From the NCBI GenBank assembly GCA_951406725.2, contig OX597824.1, forward strand, positions 54,622,001 to 54,686,000: DNA of 64,000 nt, read 5' to 3'. The notes beneath the pieces were generated by a model. The model was not told the origin of the DNA and did no database searches. It worked only from the letters and a program-made list of their open reading frames with translations. This DNA comes from Octopus vulgaris (lineage: Eukaryota). Below, one piece after another: positions 12,828 through 25,304 of the stretch. The stretch's first letter is position 1. Each line of letters opens with the position of its first letter. A program made the position numbers and the translations under genes.

Positions 12828-13729
12828 CTGTGAGAATTTTAAAAAAAAACAAGAAAAAGCAAGTTTATTTCTGACAAAAGTTTTACATTTCCATTTTATA
12901 TTTTTACACTGTACTTATTAAGAATAGATCAACCAACAGAATTTTGGATATTTTCTACATTTGCTTCTGCATCATCTCATCTGCAAGATTATGATAATTA
13001 AAGCAAACCTTTGGAAAGACCAATTCAATTAAATTTTCAACTTCCAAGTAAGCCTATTCTATTTAATTAAGCTTTGCTTGACTAACCACTCTTGGTTATA
13101 TTAGTATATATGAACTCAAAATGTTATGTCATATATCAATAGCACTAACTATACAAGTTCTATCAGCACATCTTATAATAATTCTGCTTGTCACTGTGTT
13201 ACTTAGCCTGTCATTAACAATTTCACATGATTAAAAAGAGGGAGGGAGAAACGTCCATGACATGAGGTAGAGGGAATGTAATTGTAACATTTTCACATTA
13301 GTTGAAGGGAAAGAGAAAAAGAGGATAAGGCGAAGACTGAGACAGAAAGAGGAAGAAAGAAAAAGAGGGAGGGAGAAGCGCCCATGACATGAGGTAGGGG
13401 GAGCGTAATATTTATTACGTGGTTAAAAAAGTTAGTTGAAGGTAGAGGAAGAGTTAAAAATATAATTTTAGCAGAGGGGTGATGTTCTGATGGTGAGGTT
13501 AAAGAAAGGTGGAGAGGGGAGAGAAAGAGAGAGGGGGAAAAGAGAAGAGTGAGAGAGAAGAGGGAGAGATGGGAGAGAGAGAGGTAGTGATGGTGGTAAT
13601 TAGATAGTGAAAAGTGTATTTTACTTTAATTGAACTAAGTTTTTTATATCACCTATCACTTAATGCATGCGCATAAGTGCAATTCTGTGAAATATTCAAG
13701 CTTATTTACGTGACAGATATATGCAATTT

Positions 13730-15335
13730 GATTTTATGTGCCACCGACACAGGTGCCAGACGAGGCTGGCGAACGGCCACGCTCGGATGGTGTTTTTTAT
13801 GTGCCACCGACACAGGTGCCAGACGAGGCTGGCAGACAGCCACGCTCGGATGGTGTTTTTTATGTGCCACCGACACAGGTGCCAGACGAAGCTGGCGAAC
13901 GGCCACGCTTGGATGGTGTTTTTTATGTGCCACCGACACAGGTGCCAGACGAGGCTGGCGAACGGCCACGATCGGATGGTGTTTGTTACGTGCTCACAGC
14001 ACGGAGGCCAGTCGATGCGGTACTGGCTACGGCCACGTTCGGATGGTTTTCTTATGTGTCACCGGCACTGGTCCCACAAAGATACAAATTCCATTGATGT
14101 TCATCTATTTTGATTTGGTTCGATTTTCACTTGCCTCAACAGGTCTTCACAAGTGTCACAAGAAGGAAGGTATGCACAGGTGGACTGACTATGTCCCAGG
14201 TAGGGGCCACGGGTTATGGCCTCACTAGTCTTGCCAGGTCTTCTCACACACAGCATACTTCCATAGGTCTCGGTCTCTAGTCATTTCCTTGGTGAGACCT
14301 AAAGTTCAAAGGTCGTGCTTCACCACCTCGTCCCAGGTTTTCCTGGGTCTACCTCTTCCCTCAACTGCTAGGGTGTAGCACTTTTGCACACAACTATCTT
14401 CAGCCATTCTCGTCACATGACCATACCAGTGCAGCCGTCTCTCTTGCACACCACAACTGATGCTTCTTAGGTTCAACTTTTCTCTCAAGGTACTTACACT
14501 CTGTCGATTATGAACACTGACATTACACATCCATCGGAGCATACTGGCTTCATTTCTTGCGAGCTTACGCATATCCTCAGCAGTCACGGCCCATGTAGCA
14601 TGGCTGTACGTATACATGCATCATACAGTCTGCCTTTTGTCACCAGCAGGGGTAAGAGCTCTCTAAACTTTGCCCAGGCTATTCTTACTCTAGCCATTAC
14701 ACTTTCAGCACACCCACCCCCGCTACTGACTTGGTCACCTAGGTAGCGGAAGCTATCAACTACTTCTAGTTTGTCTCCCTGGAACGTGATAGAAGTTGGT
14801 CTCTGCACATTTCCAGTGTTTATTGCTCCTGAGCATCTGCCGCAGACAAAAACTATTTTCCTAGTTAGCCTTCCTTTGACATTGCTGCACCTCTTATGTG
14901 TCCATAGCTTACACTTGGTGCACCTTATAGAGTTTCTACCTACACCTTTTTTTACAGATCGAGCAGGGCCATCTACCTGAAGTCGTTTGTGATTGGTCCA
15001 CCTTCCTACTTATTAGGACTTTGGTTTTGGCTAGGTTGATTCTAAGGCCCTTCGATTCTAATCCTTGTTTCCACACCTGAAACTTCTCCTCCAGTTCTGA
15101 TAGTGACTCAGCAATTAGAGCAAGGTCATCAGCATAGAGGAGCTCCCAGGGGCATCCTGTCTTGAATTCCTCCGTTATTGCCTGGAGGACTATGATAAAT
15201 AGGAGGGGACTGAGGACTGAACCTTGGTGGACCCCAACCTCTACCCGGAATTCTTCACTGTACTCGTTGCCAACCCTCACCTTACTAGCACCGTCTCTGT
15301 ACATGGCTCGCACAGCTCTCACTAACCATTCATCT
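13730..15335 (-). mobile_element. RTE/RTE-X-like LINE, 3' half, with a 63-bp tandem repeat in the 3' UTR
   Basis: GVHQGSVLSP, LLYADDL, Cys-rich insert, RLHWYGHV; units starting CCACCGACAC at 13741, 13804, 13867 and 13930 (63-bp period) plus degenerate copies. Confidence 0.85.
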
Positions 15336-15339
15336 CCAC

Positions 15340-15920
15340 GACCAAAGAAGGCATGTTAGAGTTGCACCTTGATCAAGAGCATACTCAATGTTTTATTTTT
15401 TGGCATTCACAGTATTGTGCATTGGAAATTTCTAACCCAGGACTAGACTGTCAATCAAACGTTCTACTGCAACATTTTGAAGTACTTAAGGGAGAGCATT
15501 TGGCAAAAGTAACCAGATATGTGGAGCACAAAGAATTGGATTCTTCATGATGACAATATACCCTGACACCAAGCTCATTGCTCATGAGTTTCTCACTAAA
15601 AACAACATGGTATTATTTCCACACTCGCCCAATTCACCAGATTCAGCACTTGCAGACTTCCGTCTCTTCCCCAAGATGAAAATACAACTCAAAGATCACT
15701 TTTTAACAGCGTTATCAAGATCAAGAACAAATCACGAAAGGTCCTTGTCTCACTTACAGAAAAGGACTTCCATACCAGATTCCAAAAGTAGCAGGAATAC
15801 TGGGACCAGTGTATTGCTGCACAAGGCAACTATTTTGAAGAAGATGATGTTAAAACTTAGGTAAATAAGTTATTTTCTATTAAACCTAACTAGTTTGTGA
15901 ATTTTTTGATACTACCTCAT
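15340..15920 (+). mobile_element. mariner transposase C-terminal remnant
   Basis: HDD and FPHSPNSPDSALADFRLFPKMK (degenerate HPPYSPDLAPSDF); TIR-like end near TACCTCATA. Confidence 0.7.
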
Positions 15921-16208
15921 ACATCCCTGTAACTTAGCAGTTTGGCAAAAGAAACCAATATAACAAATACCAGGCTTAAAAAAAGGGGTCAATTCATACA
16001 ACTAAAAATTCTTCAAGGTGGTACCCCAACACGGTCACAGTCTAATGACTGAAACAAAATTCTCGTGTTAGAAAAGTTATGTAAATCTATTGGATTTTCT
16101 TTCGGCTAATCTAATACTGAACAGCAAATATGAAGTTATAAAGAAGAAAAAATATGGAAATATTGTCACAATATACATAAAACAAAATATAAATTCAAAA
16201 CAACATAC

Positions 16209-16408
16209 CTTTTCCAATATATACTGAACTCGTTTACTTTTTAAAACATCCTTTTTAATATCAGCTGAGCTGCGTGATTTATTGAAACAGTAAACAGGAA
16301 TGTCTTCCCTAGTTCTTGTGGCCCATCGAAAATCACTAGAAGACCGCCTGTCATCTAAAATATCCTCATACATATCCTTGTGACGTTCAGATATATGTTT
16401 ACGATTAT
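16209..16408 (-). CDS. GNPAT: GNPAT coding exon
   Basis: TTTATTTAG|AT...AAG|GTATGT; 200 nt; NRKHISERHKDMYEDILDDRRSSSDFRWA..DIKKDVLKSKRVQYILEK resembles vertebrate FEDILEERRHVSDLKFA..DIKCSVLNSEEIHYVIKQ; joins the 12827 exon in frame. Confidence 0.9.
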
Positions 16409-16719
16409 CTAAATAAAAGAAATGATTTAGAAAACTATCATCATTTTATGTATATCTGTAGGCATGGGTTAGATGGGTTTTCAGGTAATGCAGTCAATAT
16501 CATTCTTCATGCATTGACAGGTAACACCAGGCGTTTAATGATGATATCTGTGTATATATTTATATTGATAGACACATACATATAAAGCACAAATAAATAA
16601 AAGTAATAGTTAAAAATAAAGATAAAATAAAAACAATTAAAGAATGAAAAATAACCAATACAGAGATGGATGCTTCAACAAAGACATGTAGATTTGTGCT
16701 GCATCCAAGAAGTAAAGGT

Positions 16720-19371
16720 GGAGAGGAAGTTCTATACATAGGTATAGGATTTTCTGAGCAGGGAACACTGATGGGGTCAGGGGCATGGGTATACTTCTTG
16801 TGGAGAAATAAGTTGATAAGGTAGTCAGAGTCTGCGACAGAATACTTAAGATTAGATTATTGCTGCAACATGGATTGGCAACTATTATCTGATGGACAGA
16901 AAGACCGATTTTATGACACCCTCTTGCAGACTACCTCATCAATGAATGACAGGGACCTTCTCTTTGTGAGGGGGCTTCCATGGCATACATGGAGGCTATG
17001 GTTTTGGTTCCCACAAGAGGAGGGAACCAGGCTGCTGGAGTTCTGTGATGCAAATGATCTTATGGCTTGTAATACTAACTTTAGGAAACCTGCCAGTCAC
17101 ATATTCACTTACTGATCTGGTGGACACACTAGTCAAATCGATTACCTCCTCGCCAGGAAACAGGAAAGATGGCTACTTATGAATGCTAAAACCTTCCCAG
17201 GTGAAGAATGCACCCCACAACATAGCTTAGTAGTTAGTGACTTCAGGATCAGGGCTAAATGGATGCCCAGAAGACAACCAGCATGGAGAAGAAGGGTCTG
17301 GAAGCTTAAGGATCCTGCAAAAGGACAGAGATTTAGAGATGTATTACTTGAAGCTTTTGAAGAAAAAGAGGGGGATATAGCATCACATGATGTGGAAGAC
17401 AACTGGAGGTTTCTGCAGGACAACCTGCTGAGGATTACTGACGATATTTGTGGATGGTGCAAAGTCCCCTCTTGACCCAAGGTAACCTGGTGGTGGAACA
17501 ATGTAGTTGACAAGGCCATTAGGGAAAAGAAACAGCATGAAAGGACTGGAAGAACAGTGGTAGCAGGGAATTGTATCAGATTGCCAGAAGAGAAGCTAGG
17601 AGACAGGTTTACTTAGCCAGAGGGGAAGCAGATACGAAAAGAAAATTGTCAATGTTCTGCACTGGAGAACCAAAGATTTGAAGTGTTTCATATTGCAAGA
17701 CAGTGGGTGAGAGAGAATTGTGATGTCATAGAGAGAAATGTGTATGCATGGATAATGGCTCACTTGCATTTAATGAAGCTGCAAAGAGAGAGACTTGGAG
17801 ACACCACTATGAAAGGTTGCTAAATGAAGAGAATGAATGGGAGAAAGAGAGTCTACCAAATGTCGACCCAACAGAGGGACCAGCTATCTGAATTGACAGT
17901 ACTTTGGTAGATAAAGCAATTAAGAGGAATGAAGACAGGGAAAGACCCAGCCCATCAGGAATCACCACAGAGATGCCTAAAATATCTGGCAGTGTTGGCT
18001 ATTGTCTAGTCACTCGTATAGTCAACCAGCCGATATATGTAGGAGTCATACCCAATGACTGGTGTAGCAGCACCACAGTCAACTGCTACAAAAGTAAAGA
18101 TGATGCATTAGATATGAATAATTACAGAGCTATCAAGTTGTTGAATCATTTAATGAAAATCACAATTCTAGACCTTGCTTCCATATCTAGCAAAAACCAA
18201 AGTCTTAAAGAAGGCAGACAAATCACAAATCTCTTCAAATAGATGGCCCTGCTCGACCTGTAGAAAAGGTGTAGGTAGAAACTCCATAAGATATACCCAG
18301 TATAAGCTATGGACACACAAGAGGTGCAGTAATATCAAAGGGAGGCTAACTGGGAAGATAGATTTTGTGTGTGGTAAATGCTCAGGTGCAATAAACACTG
18401 AAAATGTGCAGAAAACAGCTTCTGTCACATGCCAGGGAGAAAACGTACAAGCAGTTGTTAGCTTCCATTACTTAGATGACCAAGTCAGTGGCGGGGGTCG
18501 ATGCTCTGAGAATGTAGCAGCAAGAATAAGAATAGTCTGGGCAAAGTTCAGAGAGCTCTTACCTCTGCTGGTGACAAAGGGCCTCTCGCTCAGAGTAAAA
18601 GGTAGACTGTATGACGCATGTGTGCGAACAACCATGCTACATGGCAGTGAAACATTGGCCATGATTGCTGAAGACATGCATAAGCTTGCAAGGAATGAAG
18701 CTAGTATGCTCTGCTGGGTGTGTAATGTCAGTATGCATATACGACAGAGTGTAAGTGCCCTGAGAGAAAAGTTGGACATAAGAAGCATCAAATGTAGTGT
18801 GCAAGAGAGACGACTGTGCTGGTATGGTCATGTGTCGCATATAAATGAGGACAGCTGTGTGAAAAAAAATGTCACACCCCAGCAGTAGAGGGAACCTGTG
18901 GAAAAGGTAGACCCAGGAAAACCTGAGATGAGGTGGTGAAGCATGACCTTTGAACGTTGGGCCTCAAGGAGGCAATGACAAGTGACTGAGACCTTTAGAG
19001 ACGTGCTGTGCTTGAGAAAACCCAGCAAGCCCAGTTTGACCATAACAGTGGCCTATGCCAGTGCAGCATAACTGGCCCATTTAAGAGTACCCTCAATCAT
19101 TGGGCAATAAACTGTGCTTGCGAAGACCTGTTGAATCAAGTGAAGTCGTTGTCATGGCCGATGAAAATGCCACCTGATTAGCACGTAAAAAGCACCATTT
19201 GAGCATGGTTGATGCCAGTGCCACCTGACTGGTCCCATGCCATTAGCACATAAAAAAGCACCATTTGAGTGTGGTCAATGCCAGTGCTGCATGACTAGCT
19301 TGCCAACCCTCAGTCAAACTATCCAACCCATGCCGCATGGAAAGCAAAGTTAAACAATGATGATGATGATG
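16720..19371 (+). mobile_element. RTE/RTE-X-like LINE copy with the RT core deleted; (GAT)n tail
   Basis: APE fragments (RLLEFCDANDL..NTNF, SQIDYLL), then NYRAIKLL jumps at ~18165 to LAKTKVL, skipping QG/YADD; same 3' UTR family as 13730 and 22765. Confidence 0.85.
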
Positions 19372-19491
19372 TAAATAAAAAAGGTTATACTACACATAGA
19401 GGTGTGTAGTATAACCTTTTTTATTTACATCATCATCATCATTGTTTAACGTTTGCTTTCCATGTGGCATGCATGGGTTGGATAGTTTGAC
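19313..19491. repeat. ~180-bp fold-back palindrome
   Basis: GTCAAACTATCCAACCCATG...TACACA-TAGAGG-TGTGTA...CATGGGTTGGATAGTTTGAC; arms include the LINE tail and its flank. Confidence 0.9.
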
Positions 19492-20139
19492 GAACAAACA
19501 AAGATGAAAATATAAGAGGAGTACTATGATGAGGTATTAATGCATAGAAAAATAAATAAACCTTATTGGGAATACATTTAAACTGAGGTATACTCAGCAT
19601 ACACACACTTTCAGATGAGACAAAATAATCTACTACAACTCTAGAAATACATTCAGAGTTTAATAAGCATAGTTATTACAAACTACAACAGCAAAAGGTA
19701 TGTTATAGAAACTGCTCTGGCAACAAGTGCTATCTCTGCTAAGCAGAAAAAATTAACATCCTAAACGAGGTTCCTTCTACAATCCTTCAAACCACACACT
19801 GGATAACACTCTGTATTCCCTAATTATCTCTGGAATCATTCATATGTCTACCTGTTACCTTATCTTATCTACATTCTCTTTGCATTTTCAGCCCTCCTCT
19901 GTTCTCTGCCCTCACACAGGCTCTCACATATAAACACTTGATAAACACCATGTCAGTCATTCACACATCCACTTTGGTTTCTTTACAATATAGTTCATAC
20001 ACCACTTTTGTACTTTTTTACATTATGATTTACACATCACTACTGTATGCCCCTTATACTAGTGAAGACAAACTGCAAAGCTTTCTATAGATTTGCAAAA
20101 GTGTCTGCTTTAGTAAGGTACAAGACAAGGCTATTGTTC

Positions 20140-20540
20140 AAAGAAAATGGATGACAGATTGCAGATCTATCAGGTCATCTCATAAGTTCTGTTCGATTTT
20201 ACCTTTTTTAAAATTGAATGAAATTTAATAGTATTTTAGAGTGTCAAAGAGCAGTTAAGACACATAATGCTTTATGAGTACAAAAAGGGAAACTCTGCAG
20301 CCAAAGCGACTCGAAACATGCACTCAGTTTATGGGAAAGAATGCTTGAATGAAAGAACCTGCAGAAGGTGGTTTGCAAAATTCAGAAGTGGACGTTTCAG
20401 CCTTGAAGATGAAGATTGAACAGGACGTCCAGTTGAGTTTGATGATAAGCTCCTTGAGGCATTACTTGAAGAAAATCCTGCATTATCAGTTGAAGAATTG
20501 GTAATAAAGCTTAGTTCAAACCATACAACTGTTTCACAAT
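20140..20540 (+). mobile_element. mariner transposase N-terminal remnant
   Basis: LRHIMLYEYKKGNSAAKATRNMHSVYGKECLNERTCRRWFAKFRSGRFSLEDED*TGRP (mariner HTH region). Confidence 0.8.
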
Positions 20541-21341
20541 AAATTCCAATATAATGAGAATCTACACCATTAGAATATATCCATTTTTCCGGATGTTATG
20601 AGGAAACAAAGTCGGCGGAATACACATCTGTGAGATATTCTTTCGCTGTAGGGATGCCCATAAATACACAAAAAATACATAAACATACGCTATTCAACTG
20701 AAAAAGAATAAAGAAATATAAAAAAGCTTCACGGAAATTGCCAAATACTTTTAGTTTTGACACCATTTCTCAGAAATATCGCCCAAAACTATTAAATTGA
20801 CGTTTAATAACCTATTTTAAGCATTAACTTTTGGTTTCCTTTGCCACGCCTATTTTTGTATATTCCTGGTTTCATTTTTTTTCATTTCCAAACATGCACT
20901 TAAAGTCCTTAAAGTGAAAGTTCACCATAGTAACCTGATGAAAACTGTTTAGTTACAAGATAACACTGAAGTAACTGTACGATTAGGGAGAGTAGGTTAC
21001 AGTATATATATTAAACATGTTAAACATGTGTTGTGTAAATCACATTAGGAAGAAAATAATTTCTCAATGGGTCATTGCAGATAAGGAAACATTCAAACAA
21101 GCATTTTACTGCACATATTTACTGCAATAAATATTTTTATCTAACTTATGAGGGCGTCAAGATGTGAAGCAGCACGGATTAGTTTTCAACACATTTAATA
21201 ATACAAGTACTAATTTATCTTGGTCGATCTTTCGTTTGTAGTAGCACGTTTCCGTCGATGATTTCCGTAAAAAACTTTTATTTTTTTACATATGGGCTTG
21301 CGGGAACATTTGAAGTAATGAGAGCGAAAGAGACTAAGAGA

Positions 21342-21899
21342 AAGCGATTTTATGACGAGGGAATTTCTTTTGAAGTTACCGAAGCATTGATGTACATGTG
21401 TGTGTGTGTGCGCGCGTGTGTTTGATGGGGTGTGGGAGACAGACAGTATGTTGTGTTAGTGAAGTGCTTCTGTTAGTGTGTGTGAAGAGACAGAGAGAGT
21501 AATGTGGGAAAGAGAGAGATAACTGAAATTTTTTAATCGGTGTATGTGTATATGTATGTATGCATGTATGTGTGTGTGTGTATGTATCTATGTATGTGTG
21601 TGTGTATATATGTATGTATGGCCGATTCAGTGTACACTGAATCGGCCATACATACATACATACATAGATACATACACACATACATGCATATACACATACA
21701 CCGAGTAAAAAATTTCAGTTATCTCTCTCTTTCACACATTACTCTCTCTGTCTCTTCTCGCACACACTAACAGAAGCACTTCACTTACACAACATACTGT
21801 CTGTCTCCCACACCCCATCACGCGCGCACACACACACACACACATGTACATCAATGCTTCGGTAACTTCAAAAGAAATTCCCTCGTCATAAAATCGCTT
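21342..21899. repeat. ~560-bp spacerless palindrome
   Basis: Centre GGCCGATTCAGTGT|ACACTGAATCGGCC at 21633/21634; outer ends AAGCGATTTTATGACGAGGG and CCCTCGTCATAAAATCGCTT; arms differ mainly in microsatellite length. Confidence 0.95.
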
Positions 21900-21933
21900 A
21901 TAATGAAAATGATAATAGAAGGGAATATGGTAC

Positions 21934-21976
21934 CTTTTTTAATCCATGAATTTCTCGACTGTTCGAATGTATCCAT
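21934..21976 (-). CDS. GNPAT: Probable first coding exon of GNPAT (MDTFEQSRNSWIKK-D)
   Basis: AGC ATG G Kozak-like context; 43 nt ending G|GTACC; phase 1 fits the AT start of the 16408 exon (G+AT = Asp). Weak donor and no homology support. Confidence 0.5.
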
Positions 21977-22764
21977 GCTGAAGTCAAAAGCTGTTCTAAT
22001 TTAGCATGACGTAGAGTTGAACTTGTTCATGTGATGACTGCTTAGTGAAATATAAAAATGCTAATACAGAAATATAGACCATGAAAAAATAAGATTTTGG
22101 ATAAAGTTAAAGTGACATCGAAAAAGAAGCAAATATATAAGCAATGCCTGTCTTCAAAATACCGGTGATTTTAACAATTTCTTCCCGTGCATAATATGAC
22201 CGGTGTTGGAGAAAAGAATTATCCTCAGTAAAAAGGATCCTTAAGCAACGATACTAATCGTCCAATCAAATTTGTATAGAAGCTATTTTCCCCTCCTCTG
22301 CAAAACTATCGACGCATAAAATAATCAACAGTTTCTTTACTTTTCTTTTTTTTTTATTTTATTTTTGTGTTACGCGATCTTTCGGTTTTGGAACATAGTA
22401 CAACATCAATAAAAATGAAACCAATATTCACAGGAACGGCAATACACAAAATAACATGTCTATCGTGACTATATAAAGCTGAGGATGTGTGTGTGTGTGT
22501 GTGTGTGTGTGCAGCGCGCACGCGCGCGGATGTCTGCGTGTGAAAACCCGCATAAATTCTGAAGTTTGGAACTAATTTTCCCCAAACTTGTGGTTTTAGA
22601 CTCTTAAAATTTTTCACATAATAAGTAATGGGGCCTCTGGGGGCAGAAAAAGCCCTTTTTCCTGGATAAACAATACAAACTATTGCATAACTTAGTTGTT
22701 TCGTTGGTTCAAGAGACATTACTCTTGATGACATACTTAATTTAATTCCTCCACCTCTCTATAT

Positions 22765-24720
22765 ATTATCATCGTTGTCGTTTAACGTCCGCTTTCCATG
22801 CTAGCATGGGTTGGACGGTTTGACTGAGGGCTAGCAAGCCAGAAGGCTGCACCAGACTCCAATCTGATCTGGCAAAGTTTCTACAGCTGGATACCCTTCC
22901 TAACACCAACCACTCTGAGAGTGTAGTGGGTGCTTTTACGTGCCACTGGCAGTACTGGCATTGACCATACTCAAATGGTGCTTTTTACATGCCACCTGCA
23001 CAGGAGCCAGTCTGTCAGCACTGGCAACGACCATGCTCAAATGGTGTTTTTTATGTGCCACCAGCACCGGAGCCAATCAGGCGATGCTGGCAACGATCAT
23101 GCATGAATGGTGCTTTTTACATGCTACCGGCACAGGAGCCAGTCAGCAGCCCTGGCAGCAGTCATGCTCAAATGGTACTTTTAACATTCCACTGGCATGG
23201 GTGCCAATCAGCGGTACTGTTACCGGTCATGACAACCATTTCACTTGCCTCAACAGGTCTTCACAAGCATAGTTTATTGCCCAATGATTGAAGGGTACTT
23301 TTAAATGGGCTGGTTACGCAGCACTGGCATAAGCCACAGTTATGGTCTCACCTGGCTTGCCGGATCTTCTCAAACACAGCATATCTCCAATGGTCTTGGT
23401 CACTCGTCATTGCCTCGGTGAGGCCCAATGTTCAAAGATCGTGCTTCACCACTTCATCCAAGGTCTTTCAGGTTCTACCGCTTTGACAGGTTCCCTCAAC
23501 TGCTTGGATGCAACTCTTTTTCACACACCTGTCCTCATCCATTCACAACACATGACTATACCAGCACAGTCATCTCTCTTTCACACCACATCTGATGCTT
23601 CTTATGTCCAATTTTTCTTTCAGCACGCTTAAACTCTGTCGTGCATGCATACTGACATTATACATCCAGCAGAGCATACTGGCTTCATTCCTTGTGAACG
23701 GAGCATGGCTGTTTGCACACATGCATCATGCAGTCTACCATTTACTCTGAGCAAGAGGCCCTTTCTCACCAGCAGAGATAGGAGCTCTCTGAACTTTGCT
23801 CAAGCTATTCGTATTCTAGTAGCTACACTTTCAGAACATCCACCCCCGCTACTGACTTAGTCACCTAGGTAGCGGAAGCTATCAAATACTTCTAGTTTTT
23901 ACCCCTGGAATTTGATGGAAGCTGTTCTCAGCACATTTTCAGTGTTTATTACTCCTGAACATTTGCCACACACAAAACTATCTTCCCAGTTAGCCTTCCT
24001 TTGATATTGCTGCACTTCTTATGTATCCACAGCTTACACTGGGTACATCTTATGGAGTTTCTACCTACACCTTTTCTACAGATCGAGCAGGGCCATCTAC
24101 CTGAAGGGATTTGTGGTTTTTGCTAGGTTGATTCTAAAGCCCTTCGATTCTAGACCTTGCTTCCACACCTGAAACTTCTCTTCTAGTTCTGATACTGACT
24201 CAGCTATTAGAGCAAGGTCATCAGCATAGAGAAGCTCCCAGGGGCTTCCTGTCTTGAATTCCCATTAATGCTTGGATGACTATGATGTATAAGAGGGGGC
24301 TGAGGACTGATCCTTGGCAGACCCCTATCTCTACCTGGAATTCTTCACTGTACTTGTTGCCAACCATCACCTTACTGACAGCATCCCTGTACATAGCTTG
24401 TACAGCTCTCTCTAACTATTCATCTATCCATAGTTTCCTCATTGACCACCAGATAAGGGATCGGGGGACCCTGTCAAAGGCTTTCTCCATGTCAACGAAA
24501 GCCAGGTACAGAGGTTTATCTTTAGCTAGGTATTTCTCCTGCAACTGTCTCACCAGAAATATAGTATCAGTGGTGCTTTTCCCTGGCATGAACCCAAACT
24601 GCATCTCATCTAAACTGACTCTCTCCCTAATTAGTTGGGCTATGACCCTCTCCATTACTTTCATTACCTGATCCAACAACTTGATGCCTCTCTAATTATT
24701 TGTATCTAAATCATCACCCT
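22765..24720 (-). mobile_element. RTE/RTE-X-like LINE, 3' portion (third copy)
   Basis: MQFGFMPGKSTTD, FVDMEKAFDRVP, LLYADDL; same 3' UTR repeats and tail as the other copies. Confidence 0.85.
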
Positions 24721-25084
24721 CAAAACCGTCAAACTGAATGTCTCTGCACCGTTCCAAAAGTGCCAGCTAATCCATCTAGAGTGAGGACCATACATTGAAA
24801 TAGCTTGGGCTTCAAAGGCCCACAGCTGTTTAATACCTTGGCAAAACATTTGATGGATCTACATGGAATATGGTTAGATGTTTTCAAGAAAGAACTTGCA
24901 CGCCTACTGTCCTAAATGAAGCTACGTTCTGACAAGAAATTCAAAAGAAGGCATCACTGTTGAACTCCCTCCACCAAAAGCCAATTATATAAGCATGGCC
25001 ACTGAAAATGTGATAACACTGGTGGCAGTCCAGCATGGCCACAGCCTTTGGGCTGAAAAACATAAAGAACAAAATACATGTACT

Positions 25085-25119
<35 letters not shown>

Positions 25120-25136
25120 TTGTATACATGTATGTG

Positions 25137-25184
<48 letters not shown>

Positions 25185-25304
25185 CACACACACATATATA
25201 TACATACATATACACACACACACATATATATACACTTTAAATTTACAGAAAGCAAAAGACAAAGACAGGTGAAAGAACAGCAAGTAGATGTATTAGTTTA
25301 ATGC

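Noticed and set aside
13677-14228. Repetitive 183-aa ORF or CRISPR-like array
   Set aside because: 63-bp tandem repeat in a LINE 3' UTR; no unique spacers, no cas genes, eukaryotic context.
16077-16208. Hydrophobic C-terminal tail of ORF 16077-16373
   Set aside because: Lies past the GT donor at 16208; intronic read-through of the GNPAT exon.
20934-20990. CTGATGA suggesting another hammerhead
   Set aside because: No properly placed stem II-GAAA-stem III-UH or closing stem I.
24954-25301. YIYI/HTHT-type ORFs (also ~21376, 30308, 34409, 36119)
   Set aside because: Translations of (TA)n and (CA)n microsatellites.
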